Shown here one piece after another: positions 36,867-51,450 of a DNA stretch of 64,000 nucleotides. Under the pieces are notes generated by a model, which ran no database searches, was not told the origin of the DNA, and was given only the letters and a program-made list of their open reading frames with translations. Source of the DNA: Thalia democratica (Eukaryota); NCBI GenBank assembly GCA_965202585.1, contig OZ241833.1, positions 47,616,001 through 47,680,000 on the forward strand, read 5' to 3'. The position numbers and the translations under genes were made by a program. Every line of letters begins with the position of its first letter. The first letter of the stretch is position 1.

Positions 36867-39800
36867 AGTTAACTGTACTCAATAAAATTGTATTTGAGTG
36901 ATAAACTTTAAACTTGAGTGTTTTATAAGAAACTTGTTCAAACGTCGTAAATTTAATTTTTTGAGAAAATACGTCGTAAAGTCAAGGAACGTGATTAGAT
37001 TTACGATTTTGAGATTAAACAAGTTTTATTTGCATTGTCTTTACATTATAAGGTTTACGACTTGTTTTATTGGCGTATTTTCGCTTGTACAGACTTGGCA
37101 AATAGTAATCTCGCGTGTAAGCTTTCTTGGAAGTTTTTTATTTGTTTGCACTGAGATTTTAACTTTTAAAGTTTGAATTTGTTGTTTATTGTTACAATTA
37201 AATGTCTCCAGTTTTCCTAAATCAATAACCAGAATGCCAACAAGCAACTTTGATTAAAACTTTGATTAAACTCTTTTGTTTAGAAGTGTGTTTCTCATGA
37301 TAATGATACAATTATATGACGAGTAATTGTTATTTTCATAAACTTTTTCTTGAAAAATTGCTTTTCTTGTTAACAAAAAATTATCAAATTTTCTGAATTC
37401 TTCAAATTATCATAATGCTTGTAATTTTTTATTCCTTTCTTAAGGCTCTTTATGCCTTTTATCAGTTTTGGTAGATGTGTTTAGTCGTCTTTGAAAACAG
37501 TATACAAGGATAATCTATAGTTTGTTGACGTTTTAAAACTTAAACAGTCGCATTAAAATGTTATGTTTAGTATTTTAAATTTATTTTAAAAATATCACCT
37601 TTTATATGACAACTGTAAACGTTTTAGTTATGTTTTAGCCTAAAGTTGTATAACAAAATTAGTATGTACCATATACTTCTATCAATTCTAGTATACAATT
37701 TAATTTTTAAATCGATTAGCACAAAAACGTTATATAAAAACTACACAAAAAAATGTTCGATGCGTTACAGTTTCGAATTATAAAAGGTTTGTTAAATTAA
37801 AAGTACTTAAAAACATAAATTTAAGTAGTTATTTTTCATTTATCAGTTTCTGTAGTTACAAATTTCAATGCCCATTAAGTGTTTATACGTCACATCTGAA
37901 CAATGTACCAAATGTGACGTCATAGTTGTTTAAAAAATAATTTGACCTGTAATAAATTAAGGCACGAGTTTCGCATCTACATCAAAATTTTGAATGAGAA
38001 ATCAGTTTAAACCTTTATAAAAGTACTGTGCAAACTTATGAATTTATCTTTAAAGTTTTCTAAAAAGTTGATTAACTTTTTTAAAATTTATTTAAAGGCT
38101 TTGAAGTTAATTTATAGATAATTTCAAATAAGAACTTTAAAAGTTTAGCAAGTTACAATAATATTACACCAGGTGTTGAAAGTTAAATATAACAACTGAA
38201 ACTGTACATACAGTTAAAGACAACCTGTTTGATTAGTGTATTTATTGCAATAAACAATTTAAATTAATAAAGCTCATTAGTCTAAACGAAATAGTTATTC
38301 AAAACTTATGTTATTTTAACATAAACTCTCTACGTATCTATTTATTAATACTAACGGTCATTGATAATTGACTTGATTTTTTTTGTAAGCTTATCACTTA
38401 CATACGAACTTCAAAAACGTTTGTATAGTATTTATAATCGATTATACTTTTAATAAATTTGTCCTACAAGCTGAGTTATATAATTTTTGACCGATTATAA
38501 AATCAAAGTTTAGGTAAAAAACCGTGTGTTTTTTTTAATGAGAATAAAATAAGTATGCAGTATCTAAATAAGTTTTAAAACGAAAAACCACATCTATAAA
38601 TTTATATCGACACAATTTACTTAACACTTGAAAAGTTTATGTGCACATGCGAAACAGTTAATACATATTTTACTTTGACGCTTTAAGCTTGATTTATTTC
38701 CAAATTACAATTAGGTGTTTGTATGTATTTGTATATAGCTTAACTTGACATTTATTACTAGAATAATTGACTACATATACAAAAACAAACTTAACGCCTT
38801 TGTTTATTTGTTGAGAACAAATATTTTTTAAAAAACTAAATGTTATTTCAAGTAGCTTTTTATAACTTAAGTCCTAAATGAGTTCTAACTAAAAGGTTTA
38901 TTTAAAAACTTTTGTTTAGCTTTTTACTGCTAAAAAAATTTTTAAGTTACAAAACAATTTTTTCATTAGTTTGCACAAGTTTTCTATTTTATAAGTTCTA
39001 AAGCTAAAAAATATATTTTCTTTTTAATAAAGCTAATAATGAACCATATTAACAAGAATATTAAATTTTAATGTCATGGCAAAACTATGAAAGTTTAGTT
39101 CGTTGTGAGGCCAGTTTAAACATTATACAAATATTTTTATGATATTGTCAACTTAAAACAGCAGCTATTAGTTTTTTTCTTCTTTATGCAAAGATGAAAA
39201 AAGTTATTAGCGCAACAGATTATTTATGTTAAAGATAAAATAATTATTTTCAATGACATGTAATTAAGTAATTCAGTTTGAAGAAACAGTTTTTACGTAC
39301 CTGCTAATAAGAAACATTGTTTTTGACCAACATAAAACCTTCTATATGACTATGAGGTGTTTAAGCTGTAGAAGTAGATTTGTATCAATCTACTTAAGAT
39401 AAATATGAAATGGCTAATTTAGTTATTATTTTATAATAAAGTTTACAGTTTATAGCAAATAATAAATTTCATAAATAATAAACGTTTAAGATTCTCTAAG
39501 TAACTACTTCCTATAAAGTTTAAATTAACTACAAAACTTTTTTTAATGTTACAAGAGAATTAAATTTCGTATTAGTATATATTATACTATTAAAAAAGTT
39601 ACATTATATAAAACTTATGAAGCTAAAAAATAAGTTTTTTAAACCATGAAAATATTCAAAACCTAAGTTAAATTAAAATTGGCAATTCTATGATCAGTAT
39701 TTTTTAATTGATTTAAGTGTTATTACGTTTATTTTGAGTTATATTTAAAAACAAAATTATTTTAAAATGTTTTAAATTTAAGATTTTTTTTTAAATATTA

Positions 39801-39893
39801 TTATTTAATGCTTTTATTTTATTAGCTTAAAAAAAATTTTTCAAATTTGATTTAAATATTACAGATTATTATACCTTTTCTTATTGTTTATTT

Positions 39894-40254
39894 AAAGACA
39901 TTCTTTTTGACGGGTCAAATATGCACGAAGACGCTTGTGCATGAAACACGAAGGGTTGTTTTTGCACGAGAGTAAAAAAAAAAGGTTAATAAAAAAAAAA
40001 GAAAGTATAAAACCAAAAGACAATCAAAATAAAATCGAGTGATTATTTATGCTAATGTTATTTTATAGCAATTTTTTATTTTTTCTTATTTACTATCACT
40101 GTGACCCGTAACCCTTAGAAGAAATAGAAAATTTCTAAAAAATAAAAACATTTACCGACCAAGGCTTAGAGGTAACAATGATAGACAAAAAGATAAAATA
40201 CCTTGAAAAACTTAGAAATCAAAAAGATTTTTAAACCCGTGCAAAAATGTCTTT
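39894..40254. mobile_element. MITE-like element with imperfect ~25-nt TIRs
   Basis: aaagacattctttttgacgggtcaa at the left versus ttaaacccgtgcaaaaatgtcttt at the right; internal inverted ggtaacagtgatag-type motifs. Confidence 0.5.
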
Positions 40255-40884
40255 GTGCACATTAGAAACCTACCCCTTTTTGACACATTCTACTAACTAA
40301 ATTTAGATCTTAATGCTAGTTTTTGCTATAATGAATTGATTTTCGTTAGCTTAAAAACCTTTGTACTTGTTGTATTTTTATATTTTAGACAAGTAGTATT
40401 ATTTCTAAAAATTTTTCAGAACAAAATAGAATTCAGATAGTTTCTTTTACTTTAAAATAAAACTTAACCTGATTTACTACTAATAACTTTAAAGTTTAAA
40501 CACGTTATACTAACATTGTTACAGAAGATGTTTTTCTACGAAAAAAATTAGATGTAACATTAAGTACTACCTCTAAGTTAAAGTTTACTGTTAAAATTGC
40601 CTTAATGGTAAGAAACAAGTATTTAAACTAGATAATACTAAACAATTGTAGAGGTTTTAGTCAAATTTATTAAATTCTACGATCAGTAAAATTCGTATGC
40701 GTTACAAGCCGAAAGCAATATCTAAAAATATCCAATAATTAAGTACAATTTTGATATCTGGTTCTGAGAAAATATAAGTCTAGGTGTAGTATAAAGAAGA
40801 TCAGTAAGAAATACTTAATAAATCCCTTAAGAATCAGCATTTCATTATTGTACTTTTTTCTCGTATATCAGGAGTCCTCATCAA

Positions 40885-41583
40885 CTATTTTCTATCGGAA
40901 CCAGCTTTCGGTTCACCCGAATCTTTATCTGGATACTTCAAGGCAGATTGTCTCGATGCGTTAGAATGTACTGGCGGAGAAAGTATCGCAGGTAATGCGG
41001 CTGGATCAGCTCCCAAAGGCAGATACAACTGTAAACAATTTGCTCCGGTCAGCATACGGATATCAAGTACTGGATTAGGCAAAGTCGCTCCCATAAAGGT
41101 AAATGTGATTCTAGCGTAAAATATCCATTCTTCCTGCACTCTTTGGTAGAATAAATACAGAACTGTTATTGGGTTTAATAACCTTATTTCTATTCTCCAC
41201 CAGGGAACAATAGTCAACTGAATTAATGGAATCAACAGGTCGTTGTTAAAGCCTATTACAGGCGTCAGCACCAAAGCACCGGGTCCCGGAACGTTCACAA
41301 TAGTCGTGACGTGCACTACTCTCCCGAACGGAGACAAGTCCAAGTAGTCGGTCGTAATTTGATTAGAGTTAGATCTGAAGCCAATTGCAGGTGCTTTTAC
41401 GACAAAAAACACTTCTCTTCTGATTAACATCCATGCATTATGAGTCCTTAGGTAAAGTGACACTTCAACTATTGTTAGAGTGCCTAAAGTTAGTAGTCTC
41501 AGTATTAGGAGTCTACCATCTATACGAATGTAAAATCTTCGAATGTTGTTGCTGTTCTTGATCTGTTGCTGATCGTTTGCCAT
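40885..41583 (-). CDS. Unrecognised single-coding-exon protein, family member A (232 aa)
   Basis: Long ORF in AT-rich DNA, AAAATGG start context, clear paralogy to the ORFs at 45794, 51451 and 56790 (PAIG…TDYLxLSP…NVPGP.AL). Confidence 0.85.
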   Translation of the reverse strand: MANDQQQIKNSNNIRRFYIRIDGRLLILRLLTLGTLTIVEVSLYLRTHNAWMLIRREVFFVVKAPAIGFRSNSNQITTDYLDLSPFGRVVHVTTIVNVPGPGALVLTPVIGFNNDLLIPLIQLTIVPWWRIEIRLLNPITVLYLFYQRVQEEWIFYARITFTFMGATLPNPVLDIRMLTGANCLQLYLPLGADPAALPAILSPPVHSNASRQSALKYPDKDSGEPKAGSDRK

Positions 41584-43507
41584 TTTGTTTTCTGTTTTTA
41601 AGTTATAGTTACTTAAATTAACAATATAAACAGAAGAACAGTTTTTTAAACAAACTTACTATTTTAAATAAACTTTTTATGATAATGAATTTTAGTTATA
41701 CATCCTCACAAATATTTTACTTTTAAAATGTATGAAATTTGTTTGTTTAAACATAATATAAATAGATTTTTTTTCCTTGATAACTATAGAAATTTGCTTG
41801 TACATAAATACTTTCAAAAAATTTATTTGATAAATACTAATATTATCTTACAAAAATCCGTTTTATTAGACTATACAGTTTAACAAATGCATTTTTTTAT
41901 ATGCTAAAACTTATCTCTGTTTTTACATACCAGCAATGAAGAAATTTTCATGAGTATTTTAAATAAATATTTTATTTGAAAGAAATTTTACAAACTATTA
42001 TAACATTGACAGCATAAAACAAGTGAAAGTTTAATTTAAATTAATACTGTCACAAGTATTTTTAAAATAATTAGAAAAACATGTAATATATATTATATGT
42101 AACAATAATTTATACAATCGTATAAAAAAAATTAAAAATGCATGTGTTGACATTCAGGTATACATAACAAATGTTAAGAATCTAATACTTACTTGTTAAG
42201 TTTAAATTTTATGATAATATCTTCATTTGACGAAATTGATATCTTACAAAATGCATCTATATTTATACTAAAGAAACTATAAATATACTCAGAGTTGTTA
42301 TCAATGATTTTATAATGTTTACAATTATACAAAAAAAGCCATTATTTTTTTTTTATTTCGTATGTAGCTTCAAACCAAGTTCATAGAAATTGAAAAAACT
42401 CGTAAAGAATTGAAATTAATAAAATAAAAAATTCTTTAAAAAAAAGTACTTACCAGTTCATGATTGTATTTAATACTTATAGTTAATTTCATGAGTCAAA
42501 AGTGTTACAATAAAGAATGAAAACTAAACCTAAATAACATTTCAGTAATAGTGTATAGTAAAAATTTTTGAGCGAATATTTTCGAATTGATTTCAAATAA
42601 GAATCAATTACATTTTAGTATGAGTAAAAGTTTAAAATATGTTGCTTTTAGAATTTAATAATGTATTTTTTAGGTTAAACTTGTACTAGTTTAATAAATA
42701 TATAAGTAAAATTTTACGTTTTACTTTAAGGTAAATTTATTAAAATGTTTTTAAAAACCAAGTATCTTTAAAACTCTTTACGTACAAAAATGTGTTTTAT
42801 TTATTTTTAATAAATATATTTAAGAGGTAAAAAACTTAGTAGTAGCTTAAACTGATATTAATTTATTATTCTTAACTTGACTGATTTATTTTAAATAAAA
42901 CTTGTGCTTTATTGGTAAATTGTCAATTATATTTATTTAAAAAGAAAAAAATTGTAAGTTTTTCTGTAATAATTGTATTTAGTTATTGGAAGAAAGCAAT
43001 TTTCTACAGGTTTAATACAGTTTAACATGCTTTGGTATTTAAACAATTCTCGTAGAAGCTATGAACGAATCTTTATAATTTTAGCATAAAAGTTACAGTT
43101 AAAACTTTATAAAGTTTAGTTAAATGTTGTTTTACGTTATTAATACTTTTCTAGGCAAATTTGCTACAATTTTAAAGTCTTTTTAGCTACTTTTAATATT
43201 TATACACGTAAAGTTTAGTACTAGGTAAAAATTTTACTACTAAAAGTTGTTTCAGCATAAATAAATGTTACTTTTTTATTTACGAAAAGTAATTGTTATG
43301 TTTTAACTATATTGAAATAAAATTGTTTTTTTATCCTACACTATTCAATTTAAGCTAATTGATTTGTTTAAAACGATATGTGTTTCGTTTTAAGTTAGCA
43401 AATTTTAAACAAAGTAACAAAAACATCTATTTTTTCACTCTAGTTATTTAGATAATGTAGATAACAACTCAAAATTTTTCGATATTTATTAATAGGTAAT
43501 AAACTAA

Positions 43508-43567
43508 ACCACACGACCATTAACAACAATCCACGAAAATTCGTCCTAACTAGGACTCAACAGGCAG
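43508..43567 (+). mobile_element. Decayed left arm of the 61374 MITE family
   Basis: accacacgaccattaacaacaatcc…taggactcaacaggcag matches the MITE arm. Confidence 0.65.
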
Positions 43568-44511
43568 AAAAAATATTTTAGTTTTGTTGACGACCGCCAA
43601 TCTGTTTCTACTAGTTTATATTGGTAAAAAACGACATAACTTATGTAAACTAAAGTTAATTTAAATGCTTAACAATTTAAATGACAAAGAACAATTTTAA
43701 AACGCGAATAGTTCACATTGCTTTAAGTTTTACGACTGAAACAAAACTTTGAAAGTTTACTTTATAAAAATACATAAAGTGAATAAAAAGTTGTGTTGTT
43801 CTTGGTTTGCTTAACCAATTTTATTTTTAAATAAAAAAACAATAAATCAATTAATTATTAAGAGTTATTATGTCTACATATACAAACATCAAACATACTA
43901 AAAGTAACATAGTTTATAATGAAACAGTATAATCTAAACTACTAAACTTATAAAACTTGTGCGTGGATTTTAAATAAAAACTCTTTATAATCGATGAAGA
44001 TAAATAACTTAATACTTTTTTATATTTTTAAAAATTTATCGAGTAAGTTTCTTTGATTTAAAAATTCAAAAACGTAAACGTTTTGAAAAACTTAAAATAC
44101 TAAGACGAAATAAAAACCTTTATTCGTCGTTTTAAAGCTGATGAAATAAAACCAAACTTTCTTTAAGCATTATTATAGCTAAAACTTAGTAAACAGTTAA
44201 AGTACAGCTTTATACATTTGTATTAATAAGGAATAACAACTTATAACAAATACTTATTTTAACAATAATAGGTATCAATGATAAACTAGACAAGTTTGTT
44301 ATTATCACCTTAATAACATAATTATTTACGATTTTTTAAGTTACAACACTAGCTATAAGCCATAGATAAAAAGTTTAGAAAATATCGAGATACCAAGTAA
44401 ACACATTAGCTAGAAAACAAATAGTAAGGCACATTTATGAACATAAACTTACTCTATTTTAATTTACACTTAAAAAGTCTATGTATACAGCTAGATCACT
44501 TAATTTTAAGT

Positions 44512-44710
44512 ATGATTTACTACAATAATTCAATTAAGTGTTTATACATGTTTGTACATGGCTTAAATTGACATTTATTACTAGAATAATTGACTAATTA
44601 TACTATAGTCAACTTAAACACTGTTCTTTATTTGTTTTGAACATATTCTATAAAAAACTGAACGTTTTAATTTTTAATTTGCCCTGTATAATTTTGGGCT
44701 CTTTATGAAT
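44512..44710. repeat. Conserved ~200-bp 3'-flank block of the tandem array; other copies at ~38693-38880, ~49773-49935 and ~53598-53796
   Basis: Shared core gcttaa(c/a)ttgacatttattactagaataattgacta…tttatttgtt..gaaca at a similar position downstream of each unit. Confidence 0.8.
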
Positions 44711-45793
44711 GATGTTTAAAGAGTTTTCAAACTTTTTGGCTATCTCGGGTTTCTTTACATGAATTTGCTAATAACTTTAGATTTTTAACCTCTTAAAACG
44801 AACAAATTGTTACCTTGCTAATGAAGCTTGTCAATAAAACTTAGGTTAAATATAAATAGACAAAACAACATAAGTTTAAATTGTTGTGCGAACTTATAAT
44901 TTTGTAGATTTTTTGAAGGTTTTCAACATTTACTAGCAAACAATTATGCTCAAATAGTTTTATACATTTTCAGTAGTATTTTTTATTCTTATGTGTAAAA
45001 TGATTTTAATTAAAAGATTGTAATTATTTTCTATACACAATAAAGTTTCTTTTAAAGTTTTAATACTAATAAGTTTAACAACTAACCTATTTCGTTAAAA
45101 AAAATTTAATGCTTGCTCTTCCAATAATAATTATTCAAAAACAAAGTAATTAGAATGCATAAAGACTTTTCAACAATGTTTTAATTTGAGAATATACTAT
45201 ATTTCAACACCGGTTCATTTCATTTTTTATTCCAATATTTTAGATTAATACGGGCTTGTAAAAGCGAAAATAATTATAGCGCCTTATGTTTAGCAATAGT
45301 TTTCTAACTACAACAAATTTATCTAAAACTTTCTAAACTTTTAAGATTTTAAATAAAAGTAAATGTTAATATTATGAACATCAGGGTTTATACCTCGTTT
45401 AAACAAACTAGTTTTAGTTTATTTTAATTTATTATCTTATGTGTTTATTATCGATTGGTTACAGATATGTAATTTTGCTGTGAAACACAACCTATAACTA
45501 CTTCTTTGCTAAAACAGACTGTAAATAGCAATATACAAAAGTATTATTAAACTAAGTAAATATTTTATATCAAAATTTCTCCAGTTTTAATTCTTTTTTA
45601 TTGTTTGCGAAAAGCATTAAATTTAAAATCATACATAAGCTGAAAATCATCAAAAAGAAATTAAGTTTCATAAAACTAGTTGAGAAATATATATGCCTAA
45701 AAGTAATAAAAGAAAAAATTAAGTATGAAATATCTTATCAACCACTAAAAAATGAATAATTTTCAACTTCGAAAATTTCTTTTTTCTTACAAA

Positions 45794-46585
45794 TCAGAAA
45801 TCCTCTCCAACATCATCTTCATCTTCTCTTTTAGAGTCTTCTTCAGGTTCGCTCGAATCTTTGTCTTCAGCTCGAGCTGAATACGTCAATGCAGGATACG
45901 TCATAGTTTGATACGTCATCACAGGATACGTCAATGCAGGTACGTTGTTGCTAATAGCAGGAACACTCACAATAAAGATACACAATAAAAGTAGGAGTAT
46001 CATCAGAGCCGCTCCTTTATACGTGCCGGTCAGTGACCACATGCCACGGATTCTCTGGTAAAGTGAACCAACAACTGGGATACCATTAACTAACCATACT
46101 CTCAGAAACCAGTTATTACCTAAAATAACGTTCCATTGACCGTTACTTAGAGAAACAATTACGAACAGGTTGCTGTGGAGTTCAGTGGGTGTTGTTACGG
46201 GCACAGGCATTAAAGCATCAGGTCCTGGAACGTTCATAACAGTCGTGACGTCATGTCCTCTTCTGTATGGAGAAAAGCCCAAGTAGTCTGTCATATTGAG
46301 AACCAAGTTAGGTCTGTACTCAAGTGCAGGTAAACTTGGAAACATTATTACTGTTCTAGTTTGGGGCAATACGTTTTGAGGTTGCAACTGGTATATATAA
46401 CGAACTCTAACTGCTGTTCGTCTTCCTACTGTTAGAAGTTTTAGGTGTATGTGAGTTCTGTCGATAATAATCGTCATTAAGTTTTCTAAGACGTCGCTGT
46501 ATGGAGGTTGACCGGTAGCCTGAACTGTTACGAGTACACCAGGCGTTGTTGGATTACCGTAGCTCACTTTGATTTGTACCTCCAT
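45794..46585 (-). CDS. Unrecognised single-coding-exon protein, family member B (263 aa), with a hydrophobic segment and acidic tail
   Basis: Long ORF; paralogous motifs (KVSYGN, MFPSLPA, TDYLGFSPYRR). Confidence 0.88.
   Translation of the reverse strand: MEVQIKVSYGNPTTPGVLVTVQATGQPPYSDVLENLMTIIIDRTHIHLKLLTVGRRTAVRVRYIYQLQPQNVLPQTRTVIMFPSLPALEYRPNLVLNMTDYLGFSPYRRGHDVTTVMNVPGPDALMPVPVTTPTELHSNLFVIVSLSNGQWNVILGNNWFLRVWLVNGIPVVGSLYQRIRGMWSLTGTYKGAALMILLLLLCIFIVSVPAISNNVPALTYPVMTYQTMTYPALTYSARAEDKDSSEPEEDSKREDEDDVGEDF
45884..45943 (-). repeat. 15-bp coding minisatellite, four units (PALTY-PVMTY-QTMTY-PALTY) in family member B
   Basis: atacgtca recurs with a 15-nt period. Confidence 0.85.
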
Positions 46586-47119
46586 TTTCTGTGGAAGAAA
46601 AATATATTAAACATATTTACTTATTAAAAAAAGTTTTTTAAAGTTATTTATTTGGTTGAATCACTTAACAAAAAATATGGTTGTAAGTTTAAAACAGTTC
46701 AGTTTTAGATTAAAATATTTTTGTTAAGTTAGTTGCTTTAGTATTGCATCAATAAAATATCTAAAACAAGTTCACTTCAATAACTAAACTTTAAACAGAT
46801 TTGTATGATTAACTAACTTACAAAAAAACCTTACTACTAGACCTAAGTTTTTCTTTTATTGTTAAGGACTTTTAAATCAATGTTTATATATTATCAATGA
46901 AAAAATTTAAATGAGATGCTTGCATCATAAAAAATCTGGAAATTTTTAGACATTATTTCAATTTTACAGTACATAGCTATAACTAAAAATCTTATAATTT
47001 ATACTTTTACATTTGTCTCTACAAGTAAAATAACTTTAAAAAGTATACTATAAAAATTCTGCTTTGTTATGAAACAGAATTATGGAGCATAATACTAACT
47101 TGTTTAATTTAGTTTCTTA

Positions 47120-47360
47120 TTTTATCTTCAACTTTTCGTGTAAAATTTTGAAATCCTACTAAAGTTCATTGTAATAATCTTACATTTATACAGCAACAAC
47201 TATCAATATACTGTAACTTGTAATCAGTTAATTTACAATGATTAAATAACAGTTCACATTATACAAAAATGTATTTTTATTTCTTTCGTTTGTAGTTTTA
47301 AAGCAATTTTCTAGTTTTAAAAACTCATAAACCATAAGTAGTTTTTTTTGAAAAGTACTA
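47120..47360. repeat. Conserved ~240-bp 5'-flank block of the tandem array; other copies at ~52893-53140, ~54010-54250 and, in part, ~57978-58085
   Basis: Shared cttcaac.tt..gtgtaaaattttg…tatcaat.tactc…ttgtaat…tttgcagttt.aaagcaa. Confidence 0.75.
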
Positions 47361-48382
47361 AAATTAATGTGCCTAACATTTTATGATCGTATTTCAATAC
47401 TTATAGCTTTTTATATTATACGTTTTACTAAGAACTAAACTTTATTAATATTATAGCAATATTGCATAGTAAAATATTTTTTAAGTGATTTTTTTAATAT
47501 TTCCATACCATTACATACTTGCACGAGGTAAAGTTTTAAAGTAGAACTTTAAGTCTTTAAAAAAATATAAATAAAGTGTTTAATTTTTAAACTGGTATAC
47601 AAACGTAGTATACGTATTATTTTACCTCAAGTTTGAAACAAAAAAAATTAAGTTTTATTTAGCAACACAAACTTTATATAAACAAGTTTGTTTTAGAGTT
47701 TTAGACTATGGTTTTATCAAACAAATAAAAAAAACCTACTAGTTGCATTAATTTAAACTGGTTACTAAATAACATAAAAAGGTCAATTTTTAATCCCCTA
47801 TCATTGACATAGCTATTTTTTTTTATAAAACTTGTGCTTTACTCGTAAACTAGTCAAATATATTTACATTAGTAAGAAAAAAATTGAAGTTTTATTTTGT
47901 TAAAGAATAAAATCAGTTTTTGACAAGCTCAATTTCAGTACGTTTGTTTTGATATTTCAAATGAACGATTAAGCTACTTTGTTTAATAGTTTTTTTTGAT
48001 AAAACTGCTAATTTTGAACAGTTTAGCTTGTTAAGTGCATATTTACGTTATAAATAGTATTCACTTGGCAACCGTGCTATGACTTCAAAGTAATTTTAGT
48101 AATTTTCCTATTCAAAAACGTAAAATATTATAAATGAATGAAAATCATTTAGTTTCTAAAAGAAGGTTTTTGCTTGTCTAAAATCAAGTTTTGTTTTAAT
48201 AGATAAAATTTGCTTAATGTGAATTTATATCTTAAGTTTAGAACTTGAATTAACTGACTAATAAACTTTTTTTTTTATTTGCGCATTTTTAATATTTTAT
48301 TTTCAAAACCCTGGTAAAATACTTGTATACTAAGGAAAACAACTTACAGGTTTTTCATAATGATCGTTAAGCAAGAAAATGA

Positions 48383-48457
48383 ACCGCACGACCATTAACA
48401 ACAGTCCACGCGACATTCTACGACCTACTTTCGTTCTCATTTGGACTCATCAGGCAG
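48383..48457 (+). mobile_element. Decayed left arm of the 61374 MITE family
   Basis: accgcacgaccattaacaacagtcc…ctacgacctactttcgttc…ggactcatcaggcag matches the MITE arm. Confidence 0.7.
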
Positions 48458-51450
48458 AAAAAAGTCCTTATTTTGTGAAAAATAGACGAACTATTATAAT
48501 TAATTCCAGTTGGTATAAACATAAACCAACGGTAAAACTATTATAAATTAATGATAGTTTAAATGTTTTTCAATTTAAGTGACAAATAGAAAAATTATAT
48601 AAAGGAAAAGAATTACTTTACTTGAAGCTTTAGGAATTAAGAAAACTTTTTACAAGTTTTAAAAGATATAAACGTTTTTTATTAATGTTTGCTTGACAAA
48701 ATAAGTGTACTAAACAAAAACAAGCAAACATTAACACTTATTATGTCTGTTTGTGCTAATATTGTTTGTATATACATAACTTAATAAAGCTAACTAAACT
48801 ATTAAAAATATTGTAATAATTGACAACAGAACAGCTTTATATAAGAATACGACTAATTTACAACAAATTTTACCTTAAGGTTTAAGTGGTATAATTCGTG
48901 CGTGGTTGATAAACAGAAAAGTTTTCTAATCGATTAAAATAACTTTAGCCTTAATATTTTCGATTTTGTTTGTTTAGTACACACTTGTATAACAATCTAA
49001 AATATTTTTTAAACACTTTTAATACTTTTAAATGCACGACAATGCTCTTTTTATAATTGCAAAATCTAAAATGACAATTTTGAAAAACTCTTACATTTTC
49101 TATTCATTCATTGTAAATTTATATTGTAGTACCATAGACCTATATTAAACTAATGTAGGTCCACTTACTTTAAAGTAAGTAAGTTGTATGACTAGTTTTA
49201 ATATAAAACTTATCTAATCTGTAAATCGTTTATAGCTAAAACCTTTTTATGAAAAACCAAAACTAATAGTACTTAATAAACACACCTTACAAAGTATGTA
49301 AATACTTTCTAGTCTAAAGTACTTGAAAAAAACACATTGCGTACTTACTTTAGGAATAAAATTACTAGTTTAACTGTAAAACCAGCTAATAAAGATTCTA
49401 TGACAATAAAATTTTTCATTAACAATAAACTAGTATTATGTTGTGGATGTCAAATCTCACCGTAGGACCTAAGTTTGTGGCTTCATAACTGTTCAAAGTC
49501 CGTAACTATCATATTTAACAATACTGGAAAAATCAAAAAAATATTTTTATTGAACAAGTAAAAACGTTTGATGTTTTTAAAGTTTCAAATGTTTTCATTT
49601 AAATGTTAAGAGAAGTTTTATTTTTTACTAAAGATACCAAGATCATTATAGTTTGGTTTGTAACATCTGTGAATCCAAGGTTTTTGATTTACTTGAGACT
49701 TTAAAATTGTACGTACATAACACAAAATGCGCTTAAAACATATTTTACTTTGTCACTTTAGGTAGATTTATTATGTTATTTCGATTATTTTCTTGTACAT
49801 ATTTGTACATAGCTTAACTTGAAATTTGTTACTAGAATAATTTAACATTTGTATAAAAACAAACTAAAACTTTGTTCTTTATCTGAAAGAACTGATACTT
49901 TAGAAAACCAAATGTTTTGTTTCAATTAACTTTTTTATAACTAGTATTTAAATCAGTACAATTTAAATGGCTTGCTAACGATAATGGTAATAAAGTCTTG
50001 GTTAATAAGGTAGTTAAAATGTTTTTTTTTAATTCCAAAGAATGATAAAGCCTTTGAAATTTTTTAAAACAAAAAAAAACATATTGTCTACGAAGCCCGG
50101 CAATATATATTAAAAACAAGTATCAAAATACAGAACAGAGAACAACAACACATGTTCAAATCGTTGGATGACCTAATAAAAACTGTTTTTAAACTTTGCA
50201 TAATTAAAGAGCAGTTGTACTATAATCTTGTTAGTAGAATTGAAATGTATTTTACTTATTTATATATACACAATTTAATCGTTTTTAATAATATTTTATG
50301 GTCTTTTTATTGTATTATACTAATTTTTTTTTAAATCTTAATTCCAAGATTTGAATATGATGACAAAACATTTAAAATGCCTTAATTTTACTTTTATTTA
50401 CCATAAACTTTTACTTTGATCGTTAATTTTTTGAGATTAGACTCTGTTTAAAAAGTTTAATTATAGTCTATAAAAGCATATTCAACTGTTAACAACTTAT
50501 TACTTATATACTTTGTTTTTAAACATTACAAAGCATAAAACAAAAGTTTTCATTTTACTAATATTAAACAACTAAACCAGAATCAAAATATAGTTAATGT
50601 TAATCATAATCTTTAAATTAAATTTTTTCAAAATAAAATAATATATTAAGCAGACATTTACACAAAAACATGATTAATTGATCAAGATTACTAGATGTCA
50701 AACTGACAATCAGAACAAGTAACTAATATTAGCAATATAAACCAATGTAGTAAATCTATTAAAAAATTGTTAAAACTAACAATTATGTTTTAATCTCTCT
50801 CGATCTTGATTAATAATTTCAAGTTTTTTATATTAAGTTGCTAAATGATTTATAAATATTTAGTACTACATTCTATTTAAGAAAAAAAAAGTTTTATCGT
50901 ACTTAAAACAACACGCTATATATTTTTATTTCGCTTTTAAGCTAGATTTCACACGGTTTTGTAGTACATAAATGGAACTTCAAGCATGTAAACATCAATG
51001 GTTTGTTCTACTAATAACCTACTTTTAAACTAAATAGATTTTTTTTAACTTAATATTATTTACTATCCTAAGGTTAAGGTATAATTACAGGAGCTTGTTA
51101 AAAATATCAAATACGATTCCTATTGCGCAGCAAAATTAAAATTAGTTAGGTACTAGTTTAAATGATCTTTATTTGATAATATACAACTTAAATTGAAAAT
51201 AAGTATTGACTTTACAACAAAATTCAAGAGTTTTAGTTCAACTTTATTTAATATCACAACAAGTATAATTGAAGTCATAATAAAAATGAAAAAACATTTA
51301 TAAAAATCACTAAACTAAAACAATTTTTAAAGAGCAAGTTGTGAATTCCTAGGTGTGAAAAAAAAAAACCGTAAAAATACTTTTTTTTATCAGTTACTTA
51401 GAAACTGGCAATCAATATTGACCTGCGAGACTCTGGTAATGCACGATCAC

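Noticed and set aside
36898-37500. ORFs 36898-37176 (+) and 37041-37247 (-) as a gene or LINE fragment
   Set aside because: There are many stops in flanking frames, no recognisable motif and no consistent splice sites.
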